64,000 bases of DNA from Eledone cirrhosa (taxonomy: Eukaryota), in assembly GCA_964016885.1 (NCBI GenBank), contig OZ024743.1, positions 184,078,001 to 184,142,000 on the forward strand, in the 5' to 3' direction. The stretch's first letter is position 1, and each line of letters opens with the position of its first letter. Positions 41,258 through 54,460 of the stretch are shown in pieces. A program made the translations under genes and the position numbers. The notes below the pieces were generated by a model. That model was not told where the DNA came from and ran no database searches. It saw only the letters and a program-made list of their open reading frames with translations.

Positions 41258-42300
41258 CACAAGGGTTTACACAGAGCATAAAATTAAGAACAGCACAGGA
41301 CGGTACAAATGGGCGTTTCTGTGAGCAAAAACAAAGGATGTAACAAAAAAATCGAAACAAAAGAAAATTCCCCAATAGAGGGGATACTTCCGAAAGTCAC
41401 TCGTGGAGAAAGTTCATAAAAAAGCCACGGTGGTCCTGACCACCGGGGCAAGTGCCCTTTCCCAGTTTTCCACCTCCAATCTACACGCACATACTCAGAG
41501 CAGGCCCATTCACTCGGGCTATACTCGCCTCTGTTCGCCCATCTTTCAACTCCACCCTGATTTTCCTTTTCAAAATGAAATTTGAAAAAGTAATCTGGGC
41601 TTTGCCGAAGAGGTAAATGCTCGTCTTCAGCCCTTTCAGACGTGTCCACCCCGTGACCACTTTCGCCATGGCCACCAGGAAGATAATAATTGCCTGTCCC
41701 TCCCGACTAAATGGAGGTGATGAGGCAATCTTCACGATAGACTCAGCTGATAGCCGGATCGGTCCTATACGCGACAGCAGGTGTTCGACATAAACCCACA
41801 AGTCAGCAATTCTTGCACACTCGACGAGTGTGTGCAGGGCGGTTTCGTCGACCTGTACGCATCTCGGACATGTCCTGCTGGCGGCACTTCTATGCCTGTA
41901 GAGTTTATCACGAACTGGCAAAGCTCCTCGGTAACACTGCCAGGCCAAGGACTTCTGAAAGTTGCCCATGGGCCTAGGAGATTGTTTATAATCCTAGACC
42001 GTCGATGTCTACAATTGTTCATACCTCCACCAACCCTCTACAGATTGCAATGGTTAACGTTTCACTGACCTCATTATCGAACTGGTAGAGTGTAGTGTGC
42101 GACTAGCAACAGTCTTTAGGCCAAATGTCTAAATATAGTCTGCATTTGACCCAGGACTTCAGTTTAGTAAAATACATGATGTGCAGAAAGACATATCTCA
42201 CAAATGACAACTACACTTGCCCACTGTAATTCATCAGAAGTCTCTGGGGATGTCCTTGCCTCTGTGCATTCCTGCACATAATCAGTAATGGAATCCCGAG
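41258..42300 (-). mobile_element. Tx1-type LINE 3' fragment
   Basis: FQKSLAWQCYRGALPVRDKL, CPRC...H...C; 3' UTR similar to 60940-61190; left part clear, right part degenerate. Confidence 0.85.
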
Positions 42301-42625
42301 AGACCCTGCACCAGAAGTGGGCATTCCAGTAATCTACTGTATCTGATACTTTAGTTACTTTGTGAAGTTAATGATAATGATTTCGTACATCAGCCCAAGG
42401 TCAATAGATGACAAATTTCAGGAAAAGGGATGTAGATAGTTTAATCGACCTGAAAGACAATGTCAAACCTGGTGGGATTTTAATTCAAAGATGATATGAT
42501 TAAATACTGTAAAGCATTTAGACGGCTGTCCTCTCACAATTCCATATAAACATTAATAAGACTGACAACTGCCATAATATACATTTTAATACTAGGGGAA
42601 AAATACATCAACCCAAAGTATATAC

Positions 42626-42745
42626 CTTGACAAATTGCTCCAACTTTGTCATACCCTGTTTTACAGTCACAATGGTAACTGCCGTGTGTATTCTTACATA
42701 TTGAATTCATTCCACAGATTGCCTCATCTAAACATTCATCGATAT
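42626..42745 (-). CDS. Host gene exon F: calcium-binding EGF module DIDECLDEAICGMNSICKNTHGSYHCDCKTGYDKVGAICQ
   Basis: DxDEC start, six Cys, C-x-N-x-x-G-S-Y-x-C motif; ttcag acceptor, gtata donor; 120 nt, phase 1 to 1. Confidence 0.93.
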
Positions 42746-43257
42746 CTGAAATAAAGAATAAAGTTATTCATTAAACTTGAATATTTCATTTTTGATTGAG
42801 TATTTTTGTATGCTGTTAGGGGTGACTGAAAGAGTTGGCGCCAAGAGGGACATCTGGCTAAAAAAACTTTGCCTTCAAAAGGATTCTAGGATAAGTATGA
42901 AATCTGTGATGAGGTCTGCAAGTCTAAGCCTTGCTTTAACAGGGAGAATAGCTTTAAGGCGCTTGTGTAATTTGATTGTGCCACTGCAGTTTGCATATAT
43001 TGGCTATAACCCAAGTATATTTCAGACTCTTGAAACACACCAAGTAAAAAATACATATAACTATGACACTCATGAAGTATGAAATGTATAAATCATGAAA
43101 TATAACAATCACGAATTATATTAATCAATGAAATACTTAAACAATGAATTTATAAACCGTGAAATATACCTATTATGAAATGTATAAATCATAAAATATA
43201 TTAACTATATATATCTAAATTATATAATATACAAACTAAGAAATATATATAAATAGC

Positions 43258-43448
43258 AGACCTGCCAACCACTAAAAACCCAAACGGAGAGTACCATGAA
43301 AAAAGTGCCCCAAAACGGGGAGAAATGAGGCAAAATGGGGAGATTTTACATAATGAAAGCTATAGCCATTTTCACAAGAGAAGACATCTCTCTCTCACCC
43401 AAAGTGGATGGGAGATGTCCTCGTCAGACAGGGAGAGTTGATAGGTCT
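43258..43448. mobile_element. Short hAT-like non-autonomous element
   Basis: Imperfect TIRs cagacctgccaac / gttgataggtctg; related copy at ~56732-56905; no TSD seen. Confidence 0.55.
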
Positions 43449-43682
43449 GAAACAATGAAATAATTAAACCGTCAAAAAATTCTGGATTCTGTCGGTTTCT
43501 GCCAGGAAACTGAAACAGTATTTACTAAACATTTAACACAAAGAGTAAATAATTCTCTCTAATTGAAATTTACGAATTGTTTCTGGGGTGTTTCCTTGCA
43601 GTTTGAGAAATAGATAATTCTTTTTTTAAGTACGTTTATTCAATTAATTATATAGCAAATATTGAATACACAATTGTCTTAC

Positions 43683-43805
43683 CTTCAATAAATTTTGTGG
43701 TGGTATCCCAGTTTGAGTTTAATACAACAGTTGAATAATCAGGTGAAAATGTAAATGAGCTAGCTGGAGTGAAATACGGAGAACCTGCGTAATAATCAAA
43801 TACCT
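43683..43805 (-). CDS. Host gene exon E: linker, (E)VFDYYAGSPYFTPASSFTFSPDYSTVVLNSNWDTTTKFIE
   Basis: Acceptor tttttcaatag, donor AAG|gtaaga; 123 nt, phase 1 to 1; open frame; no domain recognised. Confidence 0.75.
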
Positions 43806-44348
43806 CTATTGAAAAAGAAAACTAATCATTTGAACTCATATCAGTGACTGAAATATAATTGTTTCTACTTTTGGCACAAGGCCAGCAATTATCCCAGTGC
43901 ATTACTGGTACTTTATTTTATCGATCCCGTAAGGATGAAAGGCAAAGTTAACCTCGGCGGGATTTGAACTCAGAATTGCAAGGGCCGTAACTCTATGCGT
44001 CAAAGCATGGTGTCCGACCCTTTACCGATACTGTCAATCCACCACCCTCTGAAATATAATGAATTTGATTAAGAAAGCGTCATTGGTGGACAATTGTTGT
44101 CTAAATACGAAGTAGTATTAAAACCACTAGCATTAACTCATATTCCTATACTGGTTTCTAATTTAGTTACAAGACAAATAGTTTTGAGGAGAAGGGGGGG
44201 GGGGGAGTCAGTTAAATACATCCCGGTAATTAACTGGTACTTTAATTTATCAACCCCGGAGGATTAAAGGCAATGTTGATCTCAGCAGGGTTTGAATGTA
44301 AAAAGCTGTAATTAAATGCCGTAAATTATTTTGTCCGACACTCTAGAG

Positions 44349-44613
44349 CAGGCATGGGCAACCTTTTTTCGAGAAGCGGGCCGCATGAGATATGGCTCAT
44401 CATCAAGCGGGCCGCAAGCGCTAATTTACATTCGTGCCCACATTAAAAAGAAGGGCAGTAACTCAGTTTCTTTTGATTTGATTCTTCAGATCAAAATAAT
44501 AGAAAGATAAATTATGACTGGAAAGTTGGGGTAAAAAAATCTGAAAGATTTCACTTAGATAACTTAGTGGAGCCATTCAGGAAGCTTCGCGGGCTGCAGG
44601 CTGCCCATGACTG
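44349..44613. mobile_element. hAT-type MITE nested in a SINE
   Basis: TIRs caggcatgggcaacct / aggctgcccatgactg; perfect 8-bp TSD ctctagag at 44341-44348 and 44614-44621. Confidence 0.92.
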
Positions 44614-46189
44614 CTCTAGAGATTCTGCTAATCAATCGCCCTCATATTCTTATAATATATGATGCTTTATAACATCACGAACGTCAGCTTAGTGATTTTG
44701 GTCTCTAAAACGATTCAGAAGATAATTTTTTTAATTTTTTTTTAAATTATTTATTTGATTTAGATGTAATTCTAAGAGATTAAGACGGAGACAGATTGAT
44801 AAATGAGAAGTTTAGGAACTTGTTGCAACGCAGACATTGGCGGATTCATCATCTTCGAAGATGTGTTTAAGATTTTGTCTATTGCTCACAACAGTGTGAT
44901 GTTGTAACCATTGTTATATCATGTTCTGTATAATCAGACGATCTCCTTTAAAAAATCATGACTTAACTAAAGTTTAGTCACCCCCTCCACAATTTATTTC
45001 CTCATAACTTTCTTAATCTTGCATATTTTTAAGGACAATTTACAAATATATATTTTAGCAAGGGCAGATATAACAACTGTCACAATGTTGATGAAATCTA
45101 AAAAGAAATTAAAGATAGATGTTTTTTTTTAATCTTTTTTTTTTCTTTTGCAATTCATAGTCATAAAAATGTCATTGCGTTCTCGAAGAAAATCTATGAC
45201 ATTATCCTGATTAATATTATTCATGAAATTAGAAGTCAAAACGAAAAAGTTGCTTCTGCAGAATGACCCCACCACTACCTTGATAAATACTTATTTTTGA
45301 GCCTACATTAAAATAAATTTTGCTGGGTAGTAATTTGAATTTCACCGACAGAAAAAATGATAAGCCTTTGTTTTATTTTTAATAATAATTTTGGGTTTTG
45401 TTTGTATGGCTGCCTGAAGACAATTAATTACAGGATACTGATTAAATTAAGCAAGCAGGAAAAAAGAATAATTGCATTTCTCCAAAGCATTGGTCTTCTC
45501 CCAACAATTATGAGTATAGTAGCAGTCAAATCTCATTCAAATCACACCCTGCTGTATTTTAATAAAAGAGGAAGAAAACATTTTATTTCACAACTGGAAA
45601 AAAATCTACAGCGGTTAAAAGCTTTATATGGTGTTATAATTGGCATGGGTGAATGTGGACTGTGTAGGGGAAAATGTAAGCCTAGTAATGTGCTTGGTGT
45701 GGTTAAAGTAAGAAGTATCAAAGATTAGGTTTGTCAGTTTACCAAACTGTAAGTTGAAATTATATTATTTGGGATAATGGGATGCATACCTGGAAGAGGG
45801 GGGAGGCACATTGTAGAGCATCCACCGCCCCCACAAACCCTCAAATGTAGGGAATGTGTAGAGTCCACTAGATGAAGCACAGAACTCAACTGGTACTTAT
45901 TTTATCGACCTCGAAAGGATGAAAAGCAAAGTCAGCCTCAGAATGTGAAGTTACGCAACTAAATGCTGGAGAGCATTACCATGCACGACCCTTTCAAAAT
46001 GTAAATAATAATTATTATTAATTGCTTAACTAGGTGAGAAAAGAGCCTCAATAAAAGGAGGGATGAAGGCAAGAACTTATCCTCAGAACGGAGACCTGCT
46101 GTGAATGCTTGCAAGTAAATTCCATTCAGGATATCCGGGGACCAAATAACGGTATTAAACTTGTGTAAGAACAGGAATGGTCCCGCCGA

Positions 46190-46350
46190 TAAACCTTCAC
46201 ACAGTTTCCGTCTATCAAATTTCATCTACAAATCTTTGTCAACCTGTGGCTACTAAATAAACGACGCCCAAGGTGATATGCTGTGTGATTCGAACCTGAA
46301 ACCATATAGTTGCGAAGTAAAATTCTCAACCTGACATCCATACCTGCGCC
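46190..46350 (-). mobile_element. Second tRNA-derived SINE family copy
   Basis: Minus-strand head ggcgcaggtatgg, B box ggttcgaatc, then accttgggcg...tagacggaaactg. Confidence 0.65.
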
Positions 46351-47664
46351 CATAAATTAGTGATTTACCTCATCTGATAGGAAATAAACTAACACTATCT
46401 GGAAATGCTGAGGATTTCTTTTGTTATTCGTTATTATTTAGTCAGGAGGCGGGGGTAGAGTGCCCACGACCCTTTTCCGGGCTCCCGAGACTATACAGAG
46501 TGAGGAAAAGAGGGAGGAGGGGTCCTGAAACCGGAAGCCTGGTCTGAATGCTTGGCATAAAAAATGATTATGATAAGACGGCTAGAGAGTAATCGCAGTA
46601 GTTTACTGTATATACGATATCTTCCGAAGGAAACTATTAAAGCGGTCAGTAACAATTATGGCTGGCCAAAAGAGTAATAAATGCTGACAATCATTTAAAG
46701 CAGTGAACTAGTAAACACCTTCATAAATTGTCATTTCAAAGCGCAGCTATTAAATTACTGAAATAATTGTATTTGATTTTCATATATGTTTGTGGCGTCA
46801 GCCGTTTATTGTTTTTCGACAGGAGATTGATGTCATTAAAGAGGAATAACATAATGTACTAAGGAGATAATAACAAGCCACAAATACTGAGATGATTGTA
46901 GTTGGAACTGATGGGTTCTGTAGACATAGAAATAATAATTTCTGATTTAGGCACAAGGAGATATTGATTACATCGACCCAGTACTTGACTGGTACTTTGT
47001 TTTATCGATTCCGAAAGCACGAAAGACATTGTTGACCTTGGCGGGATTTGCACCTAGAACATAAAGAGTCATAACTAAATGTTGCAAAGCATTTTATCCT
47101 ACACTTTACCGATTCTGACAAAACACCACTCTCTGTAGACATAGAAATAATGATTTCTAATTTAGGCACAAGGCCAGCAATTCGTGGGGAAGGAAAAGTT
47201 GATTATATCGACACCAGTACTTGACTGGTGATTTGTTTTATCGACTCTGGAAGGATGAAAGGGCAAAGTTGACCTAGGTGAGATTTGAACTCAGAACGTA
47301 AAGGGCCGTAATGCTGCAATATATTTTTTCCGACGCTCTACCAATTCTGTCACTCCACCGCTCTTGCTATAGAAATAATTGAACGGCTGCAAATTCGATG
47401 TCTTCTGTCTTGTTTCTTTTCCTCCTCCCTTCCTTCACAAACCTCTCTTTCTCATCTTCTGCATTTCTCTCTCTTTTCCTTGACGCATGTTTCTTCTTTG
47501 TAATGATTATTATTCCTTTGTATACATTTGTACTTAATATAATATATGAAAAAGGGAAACCCTGCGTGATATCTCGACTTGCTAGAAATATCAGCCAATT
47601 CTACCTCCTCTAATTCTACTTATATTCTATTTATATACAACCCACAATTCAAGCCCTTAAACGC

Positions 47665-48935
47665 CAGTTTTGTGTTAATTGATATAGAGTGGGGTATTGG
47701 AAGAGAGTTCCGTGTAGTAGATATAGAGAGGGGGAGAGTTTAGTGGTAATTGATATAGAGAGGGGGATTAGAAGAGAGTTCCGTGTATTCGATATAGAGA
47801 GGGGGAGAGTTTGGTTTTAATTAATATATATTTCTATTTATTTGCCACCAGGGCATCAAAGATTGGAACAAATACAAAGGGGGGAGTTTACATACATTTA
47901 AAAGGACGTGTAAAAAACATATAACAAATTAAATTTAACAATCGATGTCCTCAATAGGGAGGGGCGTTGACATGGGTCGCACACACCCCCGAAAAAATGT
48001 GCAACCCTCAGGAGCACAAAGAGCGGGTGCTTCCTTCCTCTCCTCATTCTTCTTCTCTCTCACCTACAGGCTGATATAGAGAGAAGGCCCATTCACTCGG
48101 GCCATTCTCGCTACTTTCACCCATCTTTCATAAAACTTGCTGGGGTAGAGCACCTCTCTCTCCATTCTGATCCTTCTTCTAAAGTGGTACTTGAAAAAAA
48201 AGACCAGTTGTTGGCCGGAGAGATAGGTGTCTGACCTCAGCCCTTTCAACCTTGTCCACCATACAACTTCTTTCGCCATGGCTATCACACAGAGGAAAAC
48301 CGCCTCTCCTTCGTTTTTGAAAGGGGGGGGGGGCGGTTTGATTGTGACAATGTTCTCGGTGGTCAACCGGATTGGTCCCACCCGCGACAGTAGTCGTTCT
48401 ACATAGCCCCACAGGTCAGCAACGCCCGGGCAGTGTACGAATGCGTGTGCGACGGTTTCCTCGTCACGCACGCATCTTGGACAGATCTTCTTCGAGGGGT
48501 CCCTACCCGGGCGCCCGTGTCTGTAGAGCTTGTCCCGAGGAGGATTGAAAGTGAGCTCTGTACAGTAGATATAGAGAGGGGGAGAGTTTGGTGTTAAATG
48601 ATATAGAGAGGAGTATTGGAAGAGTGTTCCGTGTAGTAGATATAGAGAGGGGGAGTGTTTGGTTGTAATTGATATAGAGAGGGGGGAGAGATTGTTGTTT
48701 ATTGGTATAAAGAGGGGGATTGGAAGAGTTCTGTGTAGTAGATATACAGAGGGGGGGGGGGGTAATTAGTACAGAAAGAGGTATTGAAAGAGAGTTCCGT
48801 GTAGTTTAGATAGAGAGAGGAATAGTTTTGTGTTAATTGATGTAGAGAGGGGTATTGGAAGTGAGTTCCATGTAGTAGATATAGAAAGCGTAGAGTTTGG
48901 TTTTAGTAGATGCAGAGAGGGGGATTAAAAAGAGT
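47665..48935. repeat. Purine-rich minisatellite, ~70-bp dimeric unit (gatatagagaggggg core), split by a LINE fragment
   Basis: Alternating subunits ...gagagtttggt... and ...ttggaagagagttccgtgtagta on both sides of 47828-48538. Confidence 0.9.
47828..48538 (-). mobile_element. Tx1-type LINE, 5'-truncated 3' end (same subfamily as 13373-18042)
   Basis: HGRPGRDPSKKICPRC...EETVAHAFVHC; 3' terminus ttatttgccaccagggcatcaaa shared with ~13383. Confidence 0.92.
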
Positions 48936-49820
48936 TTCTAAACCAAAGACTAGTGGGATCAACTATTACATGTGGATGAATGAGTTGTATCAGGAATATC
49001 TTGAAATTGATAAAGATGGTGTAAATTGAGCTGAACTGACTAAAATTATGCGACTAAACATAATTTAAAATGTTGCTTAATCATTTTAATACCAAATTAC
49101 TGATACCCGCCCTTGGTTCTATGATACAATGTTGTTTATTTTAAAGTGTTTATATTTGTCTAAAGCGGCGAATTGGCAGTCATTAGATAGAATGCTTTGC
49201 GGTATTCGTTCTGGCGGCTCTCTGAGTTCCATTACCTGGGTTGATTTCCTCCTCTTTTTCTATCATTCTCTCTCTTCTAGAGGGGATGGTCTCCGCGAGG
49301 TTCAAAATGACACGCCGAATATCACGACCGCACCCATACGTCTCAACTATGAGTAACTTGTCTATGCATATATATTTATCTAAAAACGTTTGTTATGTTA
49401 TAAACACTGGCTAAAGTTTTCACTATCTTCAAAATGATTTGAAAATCACAGGCAGTATCTTTCATTTAAAACAAGCTAACGAAAGAATCGTTTTTTGCCA
49501 GCAGTTGCCTAACTTCAGGATTGTCCATTTGACCTTAAACTATCATACAGTACTTCATATGATTATAAATTGTGAAAGCTGATAGTAATATGTTAACTAA
49601 TAGAAGCGTATATGAAAGCGCATACAATAAGTTTGTGCATTATGTCTCGTTAACGTAGTTGTGACATAATGAGACATATATATGTTTATCATATATAAAC
49701 ATATTGTATATACTTTCATATACGTATATTATGAATGATGTTATGTTAGTCCTACTGTTAGTATGCTGATTGGTTATATTTGATAGTGAATAGATAAATA
49801 TTTATTAGATAGAAATTTAC

Positions 49821-52721
49821 CAGTAAAAAGTCCTGCTTCCTGTTGCGAAAAATTGGTTATAGCTGTTGGAAGAATTTTCAAAACTGATGGTGATGTAATG
49901 TCTGAAAAATCTTCACTTCTCATTCGGGATGAATTGCTGAAATCGGTCGATATTGATACGATGTTAATCGGAGAGTTCTCAGTCTGTAACATATCAAAAT
50001 CACTAGAACTGTCGATTCTTGTTTCAGACTGAAAATAGTTTGATGTGTGCAGTTGTTGAGTGCCAACGGAATCTGGAGCTGCATTTGTGCTGGTGAAAAA
50101 TCTATCACTGAGGTAATCGGTTGTAACTGGTTGGGAATTGATGCTGGAGTTTACGCTCAATATGAAGCTTATCATCGAAATATCAGTTTGAGAGGTAACA
50201 ACTGTTGACATAGAATTTAACTCAAAGCTGGGTGTTAGATAGTCAGTCATTGGTTGCTGAGATTTGCTAATACTATTAAGAATGGATGTTGGAGTATACG
50301 TCAAATTATCTCTCGCATTTTGGGAACTAAAATCGCTCGTTATTTGAGTTTTTTCGGTAAGCTGCGTGGTGGGGGATATTTGTTTGCTGTCTCCAAAAGA
50401 AGAAACTGAAAATTCTATAGATAATTTACTAGAAGCAAAATGGAAAGATGGTTGATGCTGTGAATAGAAATGGTTATCTGTGATAGAATTTACGAAAGAT
50501 TCTGCAAAAAGGGAATTGCTTATCGAAGCAGTGGTAGCCATTAAACTACCGACTGGATTACTAAAAAAAGTGTCAATGGTGGCTGTTTTCGCGTTATAAA
50601 TCTGGCTTGCATCTGATACATTTTCTAACTGGAGAATATTAACAGAAGATTTCTGGTGCAAATTGTTTTCAGAAGAACTTAATAGTTCCGTCTCTACTTC
50701 TGATTCCTCAACTGTAGCAGATAGAGTAATGTCGTTTCTGTTAACTGGATAATCAGTTGACAATACCATTTCAGTGGTATCAGTTATTGGAACTATACCC
50801 AGACTTGTGGCAATATATTCAGATGTTCTTTCGCTTTGACTGTTGAATACGGAAGAGTAAGGATTCAGAATATTGTTTTGGGAATATTCACTTGGATTTA
50901 AACTACGAACATCTAAATATGGTGTATTACTGGAATATATTTCAGTTTCTAGTACAGGTCTATTAATGGTATTCGATGCAATTGTTGAATCAGATAAGTA
51001 ACTGTTTGTAAGATAATCTGTTTGTGTCTCCATTGGATTACTGTAATACGAAATTGAGATTGTGTCAAAGGGTTTATTATTTGAAGTATATTTGCTTGCC
51101 ATTTCCGATTGATGGAAGCTGATGTCTGTAGTCGTTTCAGTGAAGAAATAATTTGAAGAAAAATCAGTGTATACGCGGCTACCTTCTATAAGATCGGAAG
51201 TTCTTTCAAATAGTATGCTTTTAGACAAATATCCACTTGGTTGTTGCTGTGTCGTGCTAAATATACTAGGAGTTATAACAGGTAACAGAGATTCTGTCAT
51301 ATGTTCTAGTAAATTACTCTCAAATGTTTCAGGGAGGGAAATACGGGTAAAATCCTGTAATGAAATACTGCTTAAGTTATTCAGTTCGGCTGTGTTAAAG
51401 TTTGTACTGTCAATGTCACTTGACAATTCCGATTCATTGTTATTTATTTTATGTACACTGCTAACATAACTACTAAGTATAGGTGTGATATACAGAGAAC
51501 TGTGTGTAAAATAACTATCTGTGATTAATACAGAAATTGAACGAGACACAAAACTAACAGACAAGTATTCCGTTGGTGTTGTCATAGAAAATAAATCGGA
51601 ATTTGTAGGCAAATAAGATGAAGCTATTTCCAATGAACTTTCACTGTTCGTATATCTTGTAGCCTGTGGCAAGGGACTGATAATGTCAGTTGATATTAAC
51701 AGTTCATCGGAAAGGGACTCTATGCTTTGATAGTTAGAAGAATATTTACTTGTGTCACTGACAAAACTCGACATACCCTTTGTTAAATATTCTGTTACTT
51801 GTCTGTCTGTTAAACTACCAATTTCCTGGCTAAAAGGTAAATTGTGAGTAAACAGATTTTCAGTATCTAGCATATCCGAAGTATTGATATTTGTTAATGT
51901 AGCCGGATTAGAAGGAGAGATTTCGATGACTGAACTTTCTGAATCTGTCGCTACACTGTCGGAAATAGTCAATACGATGTTTTCCGTATATTGTTTTTCA
52001 AACCCACTACTTTCAACATTAAGATCAGTTAGTGTATGTGACGGATATATTGGGCTGGTTGAAAATACTTCAGTTAGAATATTAGATGTAGTTGAAAATT
52101 TCGGTAATGTAGAAAGAAAAATAGGCGAAAAAGATCCAGCTATTTCCATTGTAGAAGTAAAAGGTAAAAATGATTGGTCATTTTCTGTTGAAAATATTGT
52201 AGTGGGTAAGAGATTATTGGTAAACATTTTGGGGCTTTTTGATATATCTTCCGATAGAAAACTGGAAGTGAAGTCTAGATTGAATAAACTTGATTCAACT
52301 TCTGAATTACTCGTAGTCACAGTTTCTGAGAATTTACTAATCAATGAGCTATAAGTTATCGCAATTTCATCTGAATTCCACATCAATGGAGCAGAAGAAA
52401 ATACATTAGTCAAGGAACTTACTGAGTTTGTTTGAATATCCTTGCTGGTTGAATGTGATTGTAAACTATTAATATCTTCACTGTTCGATAAGTATTGGTC
52501 TGATGAATAGACCGTTGTAAAGTCTGGTGAGTCTGTTTGGACAGCGCTACTTGAAAACGTCATCTGATTAAATGAAGAAATTTGATCCAGAGAAATAATG
52601 GTATTTTTTACTACACCTACTGTTGTATCCAGTGATATGGTAGGATTGACACCAGAAAATGAGTCAAGAAGTTCAGTGTTATGAAATCCACTAGTTTGTA
52701 ATGTTTCTGGACTAAAAAGAT
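49821..52721 (-). CDS. Host gene exon D: 2901-nt Ser/Thr-rich mucin-like exon
   Basis: Acceptor cttttccag, donor CTG|gtaaat; phase 1 to 1; same frame as the 929-aa ORF 49774..52563, uninterrupted in AT-rich DNA. Confidence 0.9.
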
Positions 52722-53106
52722 CTGGAAAAGAAATAATTCAACACGTAACAAATCTGTAAAAAAAATAAGTCATTGGAGAAAATGGTTTTAAAAAATATAC
52801 AAAATGTATTTAATAAATTCTTTATAAAGACCTTTAAAGTTCACCTTATTACAGAATAGAAAAGTTAACAGCAGTGGTGTTTCACTCCAATTTCTGCAGC
52901 GTTGTGTTTAGGGTTGTTTATAAGTAAGGGTGGGGTCCAATAAGCAACAACAACCCTGGTATGTATTTAGCTGTGTAATACCCACCTCACACATACATAC
53001 ACACACATACATGCGCATATACACAAATAGAGATTTTATACAGAACCTGAATATAGAAATATAACGTTCTAAGGTAGAGTTCTACTAGTTAGAAACAGTT
53101 TATTAC

Positions 53107-53733
53107 CTGTAGTCGTTTCTTGAAGAAAAGTTGTCGACGCCGGGCTAATGTTGTTCGAGTTGCTATTAAAGTCAATTGTGCTCTCTTGGGTCTTGATGTC
53201 ACTAGAAGAGATATCTTCAAGAATGCTTGTAGTATCTAATGACTGATAGTATGATATTGTATTTAGTGAAGACATTTCCGACCAGCTGCTCATTTTTGCA
53301 ACCGATGCTTTATTTACAGAACTTTCAAGCCAAGAATACAACTGAGAGGAGGTTACTGATTCGCTTGTGCTTCTAAACCAAAGACTAGTGGGATCCACTA
53401 TTACATCCTGTGAATGAGTTGTTGTATCATGAATATCTTGAAACTGAGTAACAGATAAAGATGGTGTAAATTGAGCTGAAGTGACAAAGAAAGATTGCAT
53501 ATCTTCCAGAGAACTGACAGATAAAGATGGCCAAATAATACTCGGTGGATCTATTGAAACCGTTGGCATTTTACTGGCAGACATTAAAGTTTTATCTACT
53601 GAAAAACTCATTTTAGGAAAATTTGTAAAAGAGCTTTCGATTCCCTGTGTAAAGTCAGTTTCCTGTTGTAACGTATTGGATTGAGCAATATTTGTCGTCA
53701 AACTATAAAAGCTGGAAGTCAACGGCGTTACAT
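53107..53733 (-). CDS. Host gene exon C: Ser/Thr-rich mucin-like segment
   Basis: Acceptor ctttttag, donor CAG|gtaata; 627 nt, phase 1 to 1; same frame as ORF 53069..53722. Confidence 0.88.
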
Positions 53734-53904
53734 CTAAAAAGTAAAAATAAAGATAAAAGTAAGAAATAGTGAGAATCGTAGATGGCCGATTCGGTCGTTT
53801 TCAAGACCACCAGCTGAATATTTGGCGATTTATATTCTGTAATGGTGCTATCGTTTTAAATTTATAAGACACTTAATCATTTTTTTAACCATAATTCTAA
53901 AGCA

Positions 53905-54460
53905 CTTGATATGCTTGCTGTCGAGTGCTGCACAGCTGGAATAAAAATCAGTGCAGCGAAGACTGAAATACGCGTACTCTCAAGGAAGCCTGCACAGTGC
54001 ACTCTACATGCCAGTAGATTTCTACTGAAGCAGGTGGAGAAGTTCAAGTGTCTCAGGGCCGTGTTCACGAGTGATGGAAGGAGGAGGCTGAATTAAGTGC
54101 AAGAATTGCAGGAGCTTGTGCAGTAATGCTCTAGTTTCAGCATTCAGTCATCAGAAGAAGGGAGGCAGGTGTAAAAGCCAAACTCGCTATCTTCAATTCA
54201 TTATTCGTGCCAACCCTTACCTATTTTCATGAATTTTATGTAATGACCGAAAGAATACGATCGCAAATACAAGCGGCCGAAATGGGGTTCCTCAGGGGTC
54301 TTTGTAGTGGCATTACTCAATAGAGTGCGTAACTCGGAGATCAGAGAGTCGCTCCATGTAGAGCCGCTACTTCTCCGAATTGAGGGATCACAGCTCAGAT
54401 ACTATGGACGTGTGGTTAGAATGCCTCAGGAAAGAATCGCTGGACAAATTTTACAGGCAA
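53905..54460 (+). mobile_element. RTE-clade (Rex3/Expander-like) LINE 3' fragment
   Basis: KISAAKTE, QVEKFKCL, RVRNSEIRESLHVEPLLLRIE.SQLR; related piece at ~57670-57990. Confidence 0.8.

Noticed and set aside
46860-46917. Acceptor-like tctacag followed by a short open frame on the minus strand
   Set aside because: No good donor, and the acceptor string is part of a local duplication (also at ~47133) associated with SINE copies.
47665-48935. Regularly spaced repeats reminiscent of a CRISPR array
   Set aside because: The spacers are themselves repeats and the context is eukaryotic with no cas genes; it is a minisatellite.
51884-52354. Plus-strand ORFs opposite the mucin exons
   Set aside because: Antisense shadows of the Ser/Thr-biased coding strand.
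52722-52753. Alternative upstream acceptor (ttttacag) for the large mucin exon
   Set aside because: Adds 32 nt and shifts the frame; 52721 is the in-frame acceptor.
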